Source of the DNA: a virus
IMG/VR virus record: IMGVR_UViG_3300042505_000752
Span: 1 to 64,000 of that record
Reading direction: 5' to 3' (one strand)
DNA length: 64,000 nucleotides
Shown here: positions 7,516-16,974 of the stretch, piece after piece
Layout: each line of letters starts with the position of its first letter
Numbering within the stretch: the first letter of the stretch is position 1
Notes under the pieces: generated by a model
The model's database searches: none
What the model was told of the DNA's origin: nothing
The model's input: only the letters and a program-made list of their open reading frames with translations
Translations under genes and position numbers: made by a program

Positions 7516-8131
7516 CGTCGTCTATATCTGCTGTTTGCGCTTCAATTTCCGCGAGGGAAGGTAAAGCCCTAACTTCTTCTCCTAGAATTTGCTTAACCGT
7601 ATCAGATGGAAGCACGCCAGATAATCCCATAAGTTCAAGAAGTGCTCGCGCCTCTGTTTCGGGGTTAAATTTGTTAATTTCTGCTGGTCCAGCATTCATG
7701 GTGCCAGCGAGAATAGCCCGTGGCAAACTGTCTATTGTCTCAACGGTGAGATTAACGGTCTGTTGCTCCATGCCAAGGAGTTTTGCTCGCCTATCCATAA
7801 TTGCAAGCACTTGTTGAATTGCTTTCAAATCTGGCTCTACAGTAATTTCAGTACCATCATCTAGCGTGGTTTTACGGTGCTGGGTTAGCGGCCAGATTGC
7901 TTGTTGCAATGCGTCTAGTCGCTCTAATTCCATGCGAAGCACTTCGGGGTATGCCATTAGTGCTTCTTTATTCATTTTTTCCAGTTGACGCTTAATAGCA
8001 GCATTAACTGATTGGGTCGTAATATTGAAACGACGACCAATTTCCTGCGGAGAAACACCTGCTTGACGCATCTTGAAAATACGCAAATCGCGTTCAGCCA
8101 AAAATTCTTTTGTCAAGCCTTTGCTACTCAT
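7493..8131 (-). CDS. HTH protein, possibly the terminase small subunit
   Basis: N-terminal HTH (IFKMRQAGVSPQEIGRRF) plus ERLDALQQAIWP and IMDRRAKLLG, a pattern typical of actinophage TerS-like proteins. Confidence 0.5.
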   Translation of the reverse strand: MSSKGLTKEFLAERDLRIFKMRQAGVSPQEIGRRFNITTQSVNAAIKRQLEKMNKEALMAYPEVLRMELERLDALQQAIWPLTQHRKTTLDDGTEITVEPDLKAIQQVLAIMDRRAKLLGMEQQTVNLTVETIDSLPRAILAGTMNAGPAEINKFNPETEARALLELMGLSGVLPSDTVKQILGEEVRALPSLAEIEAQTADIDDDEETIYG

Positions 8132-9843
8132 CAGTCACCTTCTAGGAATTCTAGCACCTCAAACGGAAATACTTTCCCACGCTTCATTTTAGTCGGCCAT
8201 CTACGCTGGTCACGGGCACCTCGGAAGTGCCTGACTTCGTAAACATAACCATCAACTGATGTTGGGTCGGGCTGTAAAGATAAGCCAAATTCAGGCCAGC
8301 GTGACCATACGGCGGAACCAAATGGTCGCAAATCTCGTGATGCCATGGCGCTACCAAGCGGAGCATGATGCTCAAACCAAAAGGCGCACTTAAAGTATTC
8401 ACGAAGAGTGTCAAAGTATTTAGCAATCTCAATTGCTACGGATTCGCTTGTTCTTCCGCCTGGGTCAATAAATGACTTATAGATAGGACCGAGGAATACA
8501 ATGTCAGGCTTAACTATTTCAAGTTTCTCCTCAATCATCATCCTGTCCTGCATTCTCATTAAGTCAATACCGTCAGGCTTGATGAGTAGATGGGCATCAG
8601 GAACATGCTTATTACCGTAATGTAATGTCGCATTATAGATATTTCGTGATGTTCGCCTAATGATTCTTTCGGGGTTTTCCAAGTCAATCATGAGAGTACG
8701 CATCGGTGGAATTGCCTCAAAGGTAAAAGGATGCAGACCAGAGGAAACGCAAAGTGCCACCTGTCGTGCAAGCATCGTTTTTCCCACCCCCTCAGCAGCA
8801 ACAACCATCACTCGCTCGCCACGCTCTAGGAGACCGGGTATAACCCAATCGTATGTGTCCGTCTCCGACTCATTAACGAATTCTCCCCACTCAACTAAGC
8901 GTCCCTCGTTCTTTACTGCCACAACCTGAGGGTCTAATTCAAGAAGAATTCTTTCAGCACGCTGGATTTTTGCTTGATGGGATAAATTATCTTTCTCAAA
9001 TAATTTGTGAAGTTTGTCTAAGACTGGCGCATATGGATCGTGAGCCTCAGGCTCATCTACCATTTCATCAAAATCACGCAAGTCCTCAAGTTTTCCGCCA
9101 CCCTTGAGAAGATCAGTTACATCTTTTACTTTGTCTGCAATTTTAACTGAGACTTGGCACTCTGCTTGGATTAATTTATTTGAAACATCAAGAGCGTGCT
9201 TTTTACCAACTTCATCGTTGTCTGCAACTATAACGATCTTTGCACCAGCAAGCGTCTCGGTGTGGATGTCTAGCCACTTACCTGCACCACCAGGCATTGT
9301 TGTTGCTGGTATGCCCATGTTGATGAGGGTATTAGAGTCTTTTTCTCCCTCAACTACCCAAATGGTTTCGCCATTATCACGAGAGGCACAAATCATTGGC
9401 AGGTTGTATAGGACTTTTTCAATCCCATCAAGATTCATTACCCATTCGCCACTTACTGGGTCTACACGGCGTTGACGGAATGTTTTTTTGCCATCCTCAT
9501 CAACAAATCTTTGTTTTTGAAATAACAATTCACCCAAAGCATCACGATAATCGTAAGTTTCTACAAGGGTTAATCTTTGTTTCTTTTTTGGAATATCTTT
9601 TGGTGGCATTAAATCAGAAACTGTCATTCCAACCGACCCACAAATAGTTTCTACATCACAAGGAATTCCGCGGTGACATGTAACTAGGACGCGACCATCA
9701 GTGCCTTGACCAATTGAAAGGGATGGGTTTTTATCATCATTTCTACACGGGCATTGTGCTGACCAATTTTGACCGTTTTGTTTTACGCCATTAAGTTTTG
9801 ATAGAAATTTCTCTACCTCTGATGAAGTATTTTCCCTTGCCAT
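8131..9843 (-). CDS. Primase-helicase (Zn domain + Toprim + RepA/AAA_25 helicase)
   Basis: CPCRNDDKNPSLS; VVEGEKD and IVADNDEVG (Toprim); Walker A AAEGVGKT. Confidence 0.9.
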   Translation of the reverse strand: MARENTSSEVEKFLSKLNGVKQNGQNWSAQCPCRNDDKNPSLSIGQGTDGRVLVTCHRGIPCDVETICGSVGMTVSDLMPPKDIPKKKQRLTLVETYDYRDALGELLFQKQRFVDEDGKKTFRQRRVDPVSGEWVMNLDGIEKVLYNLPMICASRDNGETIWVVEGEKDSNTLINMGIPATTMPGGAGKWLDIHTETLAGAKIVIVADNDEVGKKHALDVSNKLIQAECQVSVKIADKVKDVTDLLKGGGKLEDLRDFDEMVDEPEAHDPYAPVLDKLHKLFEKDNLSHQAKIQRAERILLELDPQVVAVKNEGRLVEWGEFVNESETDTYDWVIPGLLERGERVMVVAAEGVGKTMLARQVALCVSSGLHPFTFEAIPPMRTLMIDLENPERIIRRTSRNIYNATLHYGNKHVPDAHLLIKPDGIDLMRMQDRMMIEEKLEIVKPDIVFLGPIYKSFIDPGGRTSESVAIEIAKYFDTLREYFKCAFWFEHHAPLGSAMASRDLRPFGSAVWSRWPEFGLSLQPDPTSVDGYVYEVRHFRGARDQRRWPTKMKRGKVFPFEVLEFLEGD

Positions 9844-9885
9844 AATTCCCTCTTGTTTAGCATATAACTACTAGAAGGACGCAGA

Positions 9886-10563
9886 TTACGGCGCTTTTCT
9901 TCCGTTAGCAATAAATGAATTGTATGTTACTGGCATTTGTTCAGCAAGGATTTGCTCTAATGCATTGGCGTAATCACGAATTTCTTTTTGAGCATGTGAA
10001 TCTGCTCTTAGTTCAATGAAGTTCATTAAAGAACGAGCATTGCATGTTGCGTAGAACTGAGTGAATGTTCCTACAGGAAGAACAACGCGAGCAAGTTCCT
10101 TGGCAACACCAAGGTCTAAAAGTGAACGATATGAATCATAAGCATGACGCATAACTTCGCCCATTATCTCCGATGCATCAACTGCAATAACTTCTTCAAG
10201 TGGTTCAAAAGAGTAACGACCAGGTACTCCAACTTGCGTACGGAAATCTTCAATCTCTGGAATGAAAAACTCGTCGTTCATCTCTGCATATCGTGCTGAA
10301 AATTCGTTATACGACCAGCCGATTCTGTGACGGAACCATTCTCTTGTTACGAAAATTGGTGCCTTGATATGAAGTCTAAAAAAGTTATGTTCAAATGGTG
10401 TACCGTGCTGATTTTTCAAAAGATAGTTGATAAGCCCAATGTCCCCATCGGAGATTTCCTCTACACGCTTTCCGAAAGAAACTCGTGCGCTATTGACAAC
10501 ACTTCTATCATCAGCCATTACTGCGTCTAGGCGTACAAAACCGCCACCTGCTATTTCAATCAT
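9886..10563 (-). CDS. thyX: Flavin-dependent thymidylate synthase
   Basis: HGTPFEH and RHRIGWSYNEFSARY signature, plus ELARVVLP. Start MIEIAGG has an ATGA overlap. Confidence 0.95.
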   Translation of the reverse strand: MIEIAGGGFVRLDAVMADDRSVVNSARVSFGKRVEEISDGDIGLINYLLKNQHGTPFEHNFFRLHIKAPIFVTREWFRHRIGWSYNEFSARYAEMNDEFFIPEIEDFRTQVGVPGRYSFEPLEEVIAVDASEIMGEVMRHAYDSYRSLLDLGVAKELARVVLPVGTFTQFYATCNARSLMNFIELRADSHAQKEIRDYANALEQILAEQMPVTYNSFIANGRKAP

Positions 10564-10817
10564 TTTGATATTGCACTCACTCTCCGTGAAACACCCCGTT
10601 CTATTGGTGTCTTTCCTCCCCAAATACCGAATATTTCTTTATTTTCCATAGCGGATAGCAAGCATTGCTCTCTAACTTTACAAATGTTACAAAGTGTCTT
10701 TGCTTGAACCATCAACTTGCGACTTTCACGACTGTTCATCTCTTTTGGGAACCACCATTCTTGTGGTTGCCCCTTGCACATGGCATCTTTAGCCCAATCG
10801 TTATTCTTGAATTCCAT
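10560..10817 (-). CDS. whiB: WhiB-family Fe-S transcription factor
   Basis: Four Cys (C...CxxC...C) and the GIWGG turn motif. Confidence 0.92.
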   Translation of the reverse strand: MEFKNNDWAKDAMCKGQPQEWWFPKEMNSRESRKLMVQAKTLCNICKVREQCLLSAMENKEIFGIWGGKTPIERGVSRRVSAISK

Positions 10818-10986
10818 TTTGCCTCCTTAGAAATGAAAAATTGATCTTACGCACACGAGCGAAAAAAGTCAAGTATTTGTTGATGAATTCGGTAATTTTA
10901 TTTTCTTCAGTCGGCAAGACTGGAGCCTTGTAATCGGGATGATTCGTGAAGTCCTTATAACGAAAATGATGGTTTCGGTCGTTCAT
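10801..10986 (-). CDS. Hypothetical protein
   Basis: 61-aa ORF overlapping its neighbours. Confidence 0.55.
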   Translation of the reverse strand: MNDRNHHFRYKDFTNHPDYKAPVLPTEENKITEFINKYLTFFARVRKINFSFLRRQNGIQE

Positions 10987-12107
10987 GAATTATCAAATAA
11001 AGATAATTGTTCCTGTCTTTGCAGGCGGGCAGTTACAGCCTCGTTTACTCGTTTGTCAATTAACGGTATGTATTCAGAATTCAACTCTACTGCAACCCCG
11101 TTTCTGTCATTAAGTATAGCAACAGCAACAGTTGTGCCAGAACCGCCGAATGGGTCAATGACTGTTCCATCCTGCGGACACCCCGCAAGAATGCAAGGTT
11201 CAATGAGGTCAGGTGGGAAAGCGGCAAAGTGAGCACCTTTGTATGGTCGTGTTGCTACTGTCCATACAGAGCGTTTATTTTTGAACTCTCCTGTAGCGCC
11301 AGTCATGTTATTCATTGTCGTACCACGACGCGAATCTTTTCGTGCCCCACGGTTATCCCCTGCATATACTGCTGGTTCTTTAATTGCGTCTGCATCAAAA
11401 TAATAGTGTGGGCTTTTAGAAAGCAAGAAAATATACTCATGCGCTTTTGTGCATCTATCTTTTACTGACTCAGGCATTGGATTGGGCTTGTGCCAAATAA
11501 TGTCTTGGCGCAAATACCAACCATCAGCCTGAAGCGCAAGTGCTACTCGCCAAGGAATTCCTACAAGATCTTTTGGCTTTAATCCATCTGAAATTCTGTT
11601 AGTTATCGTCTCTCGTGGATTGCCAAATCCAGCCCTGCCTCCATTGCTGGCGCGCGAATTATTCCCTGCGTATGAATCACCAAGATTTAACCAAAGTGTT
11701 CCATCGTCCTTTAGTACACGCCGTACTTCTCGGAAGACTAAGACCATCTGTTCAACAAATTCATCAGGGGATTGCTCTAAGCCAATTTGTTGGTCAATTC
11801 TTGTTGCTCCGCATAAATGGCAGTTATCTGATGCTCCACCCCTATTTGCCACCTCTGGTCGCAGTACCTGAGTTCCACGCTTTGGGTCGTTCCATTTGGT
11901 TGGCATGGAAATCGTATGTTCGCAGTCGGGTTCGCCACCTTCCCACTCTGCCGTTCCATAGTCGCGAAGCCCCCAGTAAGGTGGAGAAGTTACACAACAA
12001 TTGATGCTTTTTTCTGGCAATAGTGACAATACTTCTCGGCAGTCGCCATTATAAATGCGATATTTCTCGCCCTCTAATGCGGGTGAAATGTCCAATTTGG
12101 TCTCCAA
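10983..12107 (-). CDS. DNA methyltransferase (N4-C/N6-A, beta class)
   Basis: Catalytic TSPPY precedes the SAM-binding DPFGGSGTT. Confidence 0.92.
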   Translation of the reverse strand: METKLDISPALEGEKYRIYNGDCREVLSLLPEKSINCCVTSPPYWGLRDYGTAEWEGGEPDCEHTISMPTKWNDPKRGTQVLRPEVANRGGASDNCHLCGATRIDQQIGLEQSPDEFVEQMVLVFREVRRVLKDDGTLWLNLGDSYAGNNSRASNGGRAGFGNPRETITNRISDGLKPKDLVGIPWRVALALQADGWYLRQDIIWHKPNPMPESVKDRCTKAHEYIFLLSKSPHYYFDADAIKEPAVYAGDNRGARKDSRRGTTMNNMTGATGEFKNKRSVWTVATRPYKGAHFAAFPPDLIEPCILAGCPQDGTVIDPFGGSGTTVAVAILNDRNGVAVELNSEYIPLIDKRVNEAVTARLQRQEQLSLFDNS

Positions 12108-12110
12108 TAG

Positions 12111-12188
12111 TTAAGATAGATGTGAAAATATATACAAAAGCAAATATGCCGACGCTACCAATGCGGCAATTTCTTGCCAGTCTCGCAT
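12111..12188 (-). CDS. Possible 25-aa membrane peptide
   Basis: MRDWQEIAALVASAYLLLYIFSHLS fills the gap between two genes and is below the track cut-off. Confidence 0.35.
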   Translation of the reverse strand: MRDWQEIAALVASAYLLLYIFSHLS

Positions 12189-12189
12189 C

Positions 12190-12567
12190 TTAGAATCCCT
12201 GTGATTTTGCTTCATCAGTTAATGCCTTCATATAGTCCTGCCACTCTGTAATTGGCGAAATGTCAATTTCTGACATCAGACTAGGGTCAGTGAATACTAG
12301 GCGGTCATAGAGCGCCTGAGATAGGTCTGCGAGCGATTGCGCATGGTCTGTCACTGTTGAGTACAGAGAGAATCCACTCACCGCCATTGCCATCAAAACC
12401 AATAGTGAACGGGATGCCGTAGAAATAACTTGAGCATCTTCTTCTGACATGTTGTCATACTTGCCAATTTTGCCTAATAGTGTAGATGTTGCTAAAATAT
12501 AGTCAACCATATCTTCATCTGGTGGGCGAAATTCGGTGTTAAATAAATTCTCTGGAGTATCAGGCAT
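12190..12567 (-). CDS. Hypothetical protein
   Basis: 125-aa ORF. Confidence 0.7.
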   Translation of the reverse strand: MPDTPENLFNTEFRPPDEDMVDYILATSTLLGKIGKYDNMSEEDAQVISTASRSLLVLMAMAVSGFSLYSTVTDHAQSLADLSQALYDRLVFTDPSLMSEIDISPITEWQDYMKALTDEAKSQGF

Positions 12568-12746
12568 TACTTGCTCCTCGTTTGTAGGGTTAAATCTCTA
12601 AATGAACCTATTGCCTTCTGAACTGACGAATTAGAAGCCAAGTCTGGGTATATTTTTACACAATTAAAGAGTGCATCAACTAGTTCTTTATTGATACTAG
12701 CAAGATGATCTTGTTTAGTTAGTTTTTTTCTTTTTGCGTAAAACAT
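12567..12746 (-). CDS. Hypothetical protein
   Basis: The likely start is MFYAKRK at 12746, just downstream of the promoter at 12753-12781. Confidence 0.5.
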   Translation of the reverse strand: MFYAKRKKLTKQDHLASINKELVDALFNCVKIYPDLASNSSVQKAIGSFRDLTLQTRSK

Positions 12747-12752
12747 TCGGCA

Positions 12753-12781
12753 ACAGTAATCAGGGAAGGTGCGCTTGTCAA
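12753..12781 (-). promoter_or_regulatory. Sigma70-type promoter (left member of a divergent pair)
   Basis: The minus strand reads TTGACA-17 nt-TACTGT. Confidence 0.55.
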
Positions 12782-12829
12782 GTATTTGAATGACTGCAAA
12801 AATAAAATTGAAAAATATTCTTTCGGAAG

Positions 12830-12858
12830 TTGCATAATTATTTGACTGTAGGTACCAT
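12830..12858 (+). promoter_or_regulatory. Sigma70-type promoter (right member of a divergent pair)
   Basis: TTGCAT-17 nt-TACCAT. Confidence 0.45.
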
Positions 12859-12907
12859 GTACTCGTGGTTATAACCACAACAACTACAATTATTAGGAGA
12901 AACTATT

Positions 12908-13159
12908 ATGGCAACAGAGTTTGAAAAACTCGCAAGCAGTCCAACTGGTATGCGACGCGGACGCATTAGTCGTCTCACCGCAGAACAAAAGGCTGAAAAA
13001 CTTATTGAGACAAAGGCAAAGAATCGTCTCCGCAACGAGGCGCGTCGTCGTGCCCACATCGTCTTGCAGTATCGTTACCAGAGCGAATTTGAACAATTGA
13101 TTGAATCAGAAATGAAGAATTTGATTGCCAACGATCCTCGGTACGCAACAATTTCCTGA
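12908..13159 (+). CDS. Basic helical hypothetical protein
   Basis: 83 aa with an AGGAG RBS, followed by a terminator. Confidence 0.75.
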   Translation: MATEFEKLASSPTGMRRGRISRLTAEQKAEKLIETKAKNRLRNEARRRAHIVLQYRYQSEFEQLIESEMKNLIANDPRYATIS

Positions 13160-13180
13160 AAACAAAAAATATGTGGCGAG

Positions 13181-13205
13181 AGACACCCTTCGGGGTGTCT
13201 TTTTG
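13181..13205 (+). terminator. Intrinsic terminator
   Basis: AGACACCC-TTCG-GGGTGTCT followed by a T run. Confidence 0.85.
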
Positions 13206-13253
13206 CTTTATAAGGTCTAATGGCAAAACCTTGTTGTGATGTACCATCTTTAG

Positions 13254-13559
13254 ATGAGTTATGAAGCCGATAAAAACACAGAATATGTTCTTGGCAACAT
13301 AACAATCCTCAGGCAGGGTCATGAACCTTGCATTGTTTGTGGACACCCAACAGGAGACTGTTCAACTAGTACATCTCAGCCTCATCACATTTGGGGAATG
13401 ACGGAAGTACCGTCGCTACAAGAAACAAACATGATGCTTGTAGAGCATGATGTTATTGAATGGAGACAAATAACGCCATTCACAAAAGCAAAAGTTATTC
13501 TTGCTCGTGCTGGACAACAGATAGCAGTCTCACGAGCAATAGAACTCGGAATCATCTAG
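13254..13559 (+). CDS. Hypothetical protein with a CxxCxxxxxC motif
   Basis: CIVCGHPTGDC. TACCAT lies 6 nt before the ATG, suggesting a leaderless start. Confidence 0.7.
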   Translation: MSYEADKNTEYVLGNITILRQGHEPCIVCGHPTGDCSTSTSQPHHIWGMTEVPSLQETNMMLVEHDVIEWRQITPFTKAKVILARAGQQIAVSRAIELGII

Positions 13560-13642
13560 TCTGTCCGTTAAACCAACGAGCAGACGAAAGATTTTTTGAC
13601 TCTGCTTTATAACATCAACCAAAAACACAGAAAGAAAAAAAA

Positions 13643-15571
13643 GTGGCTCACATTAGCGACCAATTTGTATCAAAGTACGCATCACAACAAGCACCTTGGG
13701 GATTTGGTGGGCTTGGAGAAATTGTTTATCTCCGAACCTACAGTCGTCGTATTGAGGAAATTGATCGTAATGAAATGTGGCATGAAACAATTCAGCGCGT
13801 CATCAATGGTGCCATTGAAATTGGAGTTCCATATACGCAAGAAGAAGCAGAAGTTTTATTTGACCACATGTTCAATCTTCGTTGCTCATTTTCTGGTCGC
13901 GCATTGTGGCAACTAGGAACGCCATTGGTTAAGCAATTCAATGCCGCTTCGCTTAACAATTGTTACTTCGTAAACATTGAATCTGTTAACGATTTTGAAT
14001 TTCTTTTTGATCACTTGATGCTTGGTGGTGGTGTTGGTTTTTCTGTTGAACGAGCAAAGATTCACGAATTGCCAAAAGTTAAAAGCAATGTGAAGATTTC
14101 GCATGAGCGAACAAACGATGCCGACATCATTGTTCCAGACTCGCGTCAAGGATGGAGCAGACTTCTTCATTCCGTATTGAAGTCATACTTTGAAACAGGA
14201 AAATCTTTTACTTATTCAACAATTCTTGTTCGTGAATTTGGCGCTCCACTAAAGAAGTTTGGTGGCACAGCATCAGGACCGGGCGCTCTTATTGATGGCG
14301 TTACCGACATCTGTAAGGTCATGGAAAATCGCGCTGGCAAGAAGTTGCGTTCAGTTGATGTGTTGGATATTTGTAACATCATTGGTCGTATTGTTGTTTC
14401 AGGTTCATCGCGCCGTTCAGCGCAAATTGCAATCGGAGACCCCGACGATGTTTTGTTCCTTCGTGCAAAGAACTGGTCATCAGGAACTGTTCCAGCATGG
14501 CGAGCAAATAGCAACAACAGCATCTATGCGGATGCATGGGATGAAATTCTTCCAGAAGTATGGAAAGGATATGACGGTTCTGGCGAGCCGTATGGTCTCG
14601 TAAATCGCAAGTTGGCTCGTACCGTTGGTCGTTTAGGCGAGAAGCACGCAGACCCATCAATTGAGGGCTACAACCCTTGTGCAGAAATTGCACTTGGCGA
14701 TGGTGAGTCATGTAACCTTGCAACACTTTTCTTGCCCAATGTTGAATCACTTGAGCAGATGAAAGAAATCTCTCGCTTGCTTTACATGTGCCAAAAGCAA
14801 ATTACTCGTCTTGAGTACCCATACGAAAAGACCAATAAGATTGTTGCAAAGAATGCTCGCCTAGGTCAGTCAATCACTGGAATTCTTCAGTGTGATGAAG
14901 AGCACCTTTCGTGGTTGTCTCCAACATATGATTACCTGCGTTCGGTAGATAAGGGATATTCCAAGGAACATGGATTCCCTGAAAGCATTCGCTTAACGAC
15001 TGTTCAACCTTCTGGAACATTGGCACTTCTGCCTGGTAATACGCCTGGTATTCACCCCGCTTATGCCCGTTACTACATTCGCCGTGTTCGTTTCGGTGCA
15101 TCAGATCCACTAGTTGATGCCTGTCGTCGCCGTGGATATGTCGTTAAGTGGGATGTCGGTCTTGATGGACGCGAAGACCACACTCGTTATGTGGTTGAGT
15201 TCCCAGCAGAGTCGCCAGAGAACGCTGTCCTCGCTAAGGACATGACTGCCGTTGAGCAGTTGGAATGGGTAAAGAAGATGCAGACCGAATGGGCGGACAA
15301 CGCCGTATCAGTAACGGTCTATTACCGCAAGGAAGAACTTCCGTCCATTAAAGAATGGCTTGCATCTAACTACACGAATTCAGTGAAGTCAGTTTCATTC
15401 CTTCTCCACAGTGACCACAACTTCCCACTTCCCCCTTATGAGGAAATCACCAAGGATGTTTACGACAAGATGATTGCTAAGGTTGACTATTCATCGCCCT
15501 TGGTTTTGATCGCTTCGGGAACCGAGTTGGACGATACTGACTGCGCTACTGGCGCTTGTCCAATCCGCTGA
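13643..15571 (+). CDS. nrdJ: Class II (B12-dependent) ribonucleotide reductase, monomeric RTPR type
   Basis: NPCAEI active-site motif, TVQPSGT, and C-terminal CATGACP redox cysteines. Confidence 0.93.
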   Translation: MAHISDQFVSKYASQQAPWGFGGLGEIVYLRTYSRRIEEIDRNEMWHETIQRVINGAIEIGVPYTQEEAEVLFDHMFNLRCSFSGRALWQLGTPLVKQFNAASLNNCYFVNIESVNDFEFLFDHLMLGGGVGFSVERAKIHELPKVKSNVKISHERTNDADIIVPDSRQGWSRLLHSVLKSYFETGKSFTYSTILVREFGAPLKKFGGTASGPGALIDGVTDICKVMENRAGKKLRSVDVLDICNIIGRIVVSGSSRRSAQIAIGDPDDVLFLRAKNWSSGTVPAWRANSNNSIYADAWDEILPEVWKGYDGSGEPYGLVNRKLARTVGRLGEKHADPSIEGYNPCAEIALGDGESCNLATLFLPNVESLEQMKEISRLLYMCQKQITRLEYPYEKTNKIVAKNARLGQSITGILQCDEEHLSWLSPTYDYLRSVDKGYSKEHGFPESIRLTTVQPSGTLALLPGNTPGIHPAYARYYIRRVRFGASDPLVDACRRRGYVVKWDVGLDGREDHTRYVVEFPAESPENAVLAKDMTAVEQLEWVKKMQTEWADNAVSVTVYYRKEELPSIKEWLASNYTNSVKSVSFLLHSDHNFPLPPYEEITKDVYDKMIAKVDYSSPLVLIASGTELDDTDCATGACPIR

Positions 15572-16280
15572 TAACAGTTTCAATAAATGTGTTGACCACT
15601 TGCTCAATTGCTTGTTCTAGCGGTTGTAGCAAGTGGGATACACCTTTTATTTGCGTAACTGGCTTTCCCCAGACATGATTGTCTGCCGTAATGAGAGAAA
15701 CTTCTAGTTCTTTGGGGAATTCTTGGGTATCTAAAACAAATGCCGTTGAGTTTGAGTAGCAGATACCAAAAAGGACAGTTCTTTGCGACATTAGTTTCTT
15801 AAATTTGTCATCTCTAATATCGCATTTGTTGTGCGTTTTCCAGTGCGTTTTCAGATCAGTAACTAGTTCAAGATTTCTTATAAATTTATTGAATCCAAAT
15901 GTAAAGTCTGCACTTGAACTAACACTTGCACCTTTTAGAAAAACACGATTTTTATCTGCGCCATGCGTCCTTAGCGGAAGTCCTGCGTCTTTGAATTGGA
16001 TGGCTATGGCATCCTCGCAGAGCCATCCAAGAGCGATGTCCGTTGCGTACTCCACTGGCGTGCGTGTATCTCTATTATGAGAAAGACTCTGTGACCCAAG
16101 TATTGAATCTATATAAGACTGCGTTTTTGCGCTGACTTCATAGTTTATGAGTTCGTAAAATACTTCAGATTTGATAATGTCACTATTTGGAAATGTTTCA
16201 TTTTCATACTGTGACAATAATAAAGACATGTCTATTTGGGAACGCTCAAGAAATTGTGTAAAAATTTTAGTACTGTTCAT
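15546..16280 (-). CDS. Hypothetical protein, possible PD-(D/E)XK restriction-endonuclease-like nuclease
   Basis: GWLCED...SSSADF...LELVTD spacing of acidic residues; the resemblance is weak. Confidence 0.35.
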   Translation of the reverse strand: MNSTKIFTQFLERSQIDMSLLLSQYENETFPNSDIIKSEVFYELINYEVSAKTQSYIDSILGSQSLSHNRDTRTPVEYATDIALGWLCEDAIAIQFKDAGLPLRTHGADKNRVFLKGASVSSSADFTFGFNKFIRNLELVTDLKTHWKTHNKCDIRDDKFKKLMSQRTVLFGICYSNSTAFVLDTQEFPKELEVSLITADNHVWGKPVTQIKGVSHLLQPLEQAIEQVVNTFIETVISGLDKRQ

Positions 16281-16303
16281 TTTCTACTTTCGTATTTTCG
16301 CCC

Positions 16304-16960
16304 TTAAATCCAGTCATCTTTAAGATACCCAATAGCAATAGGAGTATCCTCTGTCATATCAAGGATTGTTTGCCCAACGACCAAGGGTAGCACATGCCTT
16401 AGTTGCCCAATCCAGTGTTCTGCAAAATATCTATTTATATATCCCAATGGGGAGTTTAATCTCAATGCATCACATCTTGCCCACCAATATGTTCCACCAT
16501 AAAACATATTTTCATCTGGCGTACCTCTAGAGACGACAAGCCAATGACAACCAGCAAGATACTTCCCATCAATTAATGCCTGTCTTGGTATTTCCCACTC
16601 TACAAAATTGTGGTACTCCATACTTCGTCGCCACGATGTATTAATTGGGGATGGATGAGCAGAACCTTTTGAGTGAGAATAAATAACTATCCCATCATTT
16701 TCTTTACTAAATTTATGCAAATATTCTAGAGTTACCTGCTCCCACCCCAATTCCTGCTCTGCTATAACTGTATAAGTTAAATTCTGCTCATTTAAAAATT
16801 GTTTTACTGCTTGCGTATTTTCAACTGAACCAACAAGCCCAATATTTATTGATGCCAATTGCTGGTCAAATGAATTCCTTCTTAGTGCTGTGATATGCTC
16901 GGATACAGGTTCATGCCAACTCCCATCGGCATAAATATGGTAAAAATGATGTAAATCCAA
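16304..16960 (-). CDS. Glycosyltransferase-like protein
   Basis: YSHSKG, WRRSM and FYGGTYWW motifs, as in phage/large-virus GT-like proteins. The likely start is TTG at 16960 after AAGGA. Confidence 0.5.
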   Translation of the reverse strand: MDLHHFYHIYADGSWHEPVSEHITALRRNSFDQQLASINIGLVGSVENTQAVKQFLNEQNLTYTVIAEQELGWEQVTLEYLHKFSKENDGIVIYSHSKGSAHPSPINTSWRRSMEYHNFVEWEIPRQALIDGKYLAGCHWLVVSRGTPDENMFYGGTYWWARCDALRLNSPLGYINRYFAEHWIGQLRHVLPLVVGQTILDMTEDTPIAIGYLKDDWI

Positions 16961-16974
16961 CTTGCGAGGTCCTT

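Noticed and set aside
13560-13642. Cobalamin riboswitch or NrdR box upstream of nrdJ
   Set aside because: The gap is short and A-rich, with no recognisable B12-box or NrdR palindrome.
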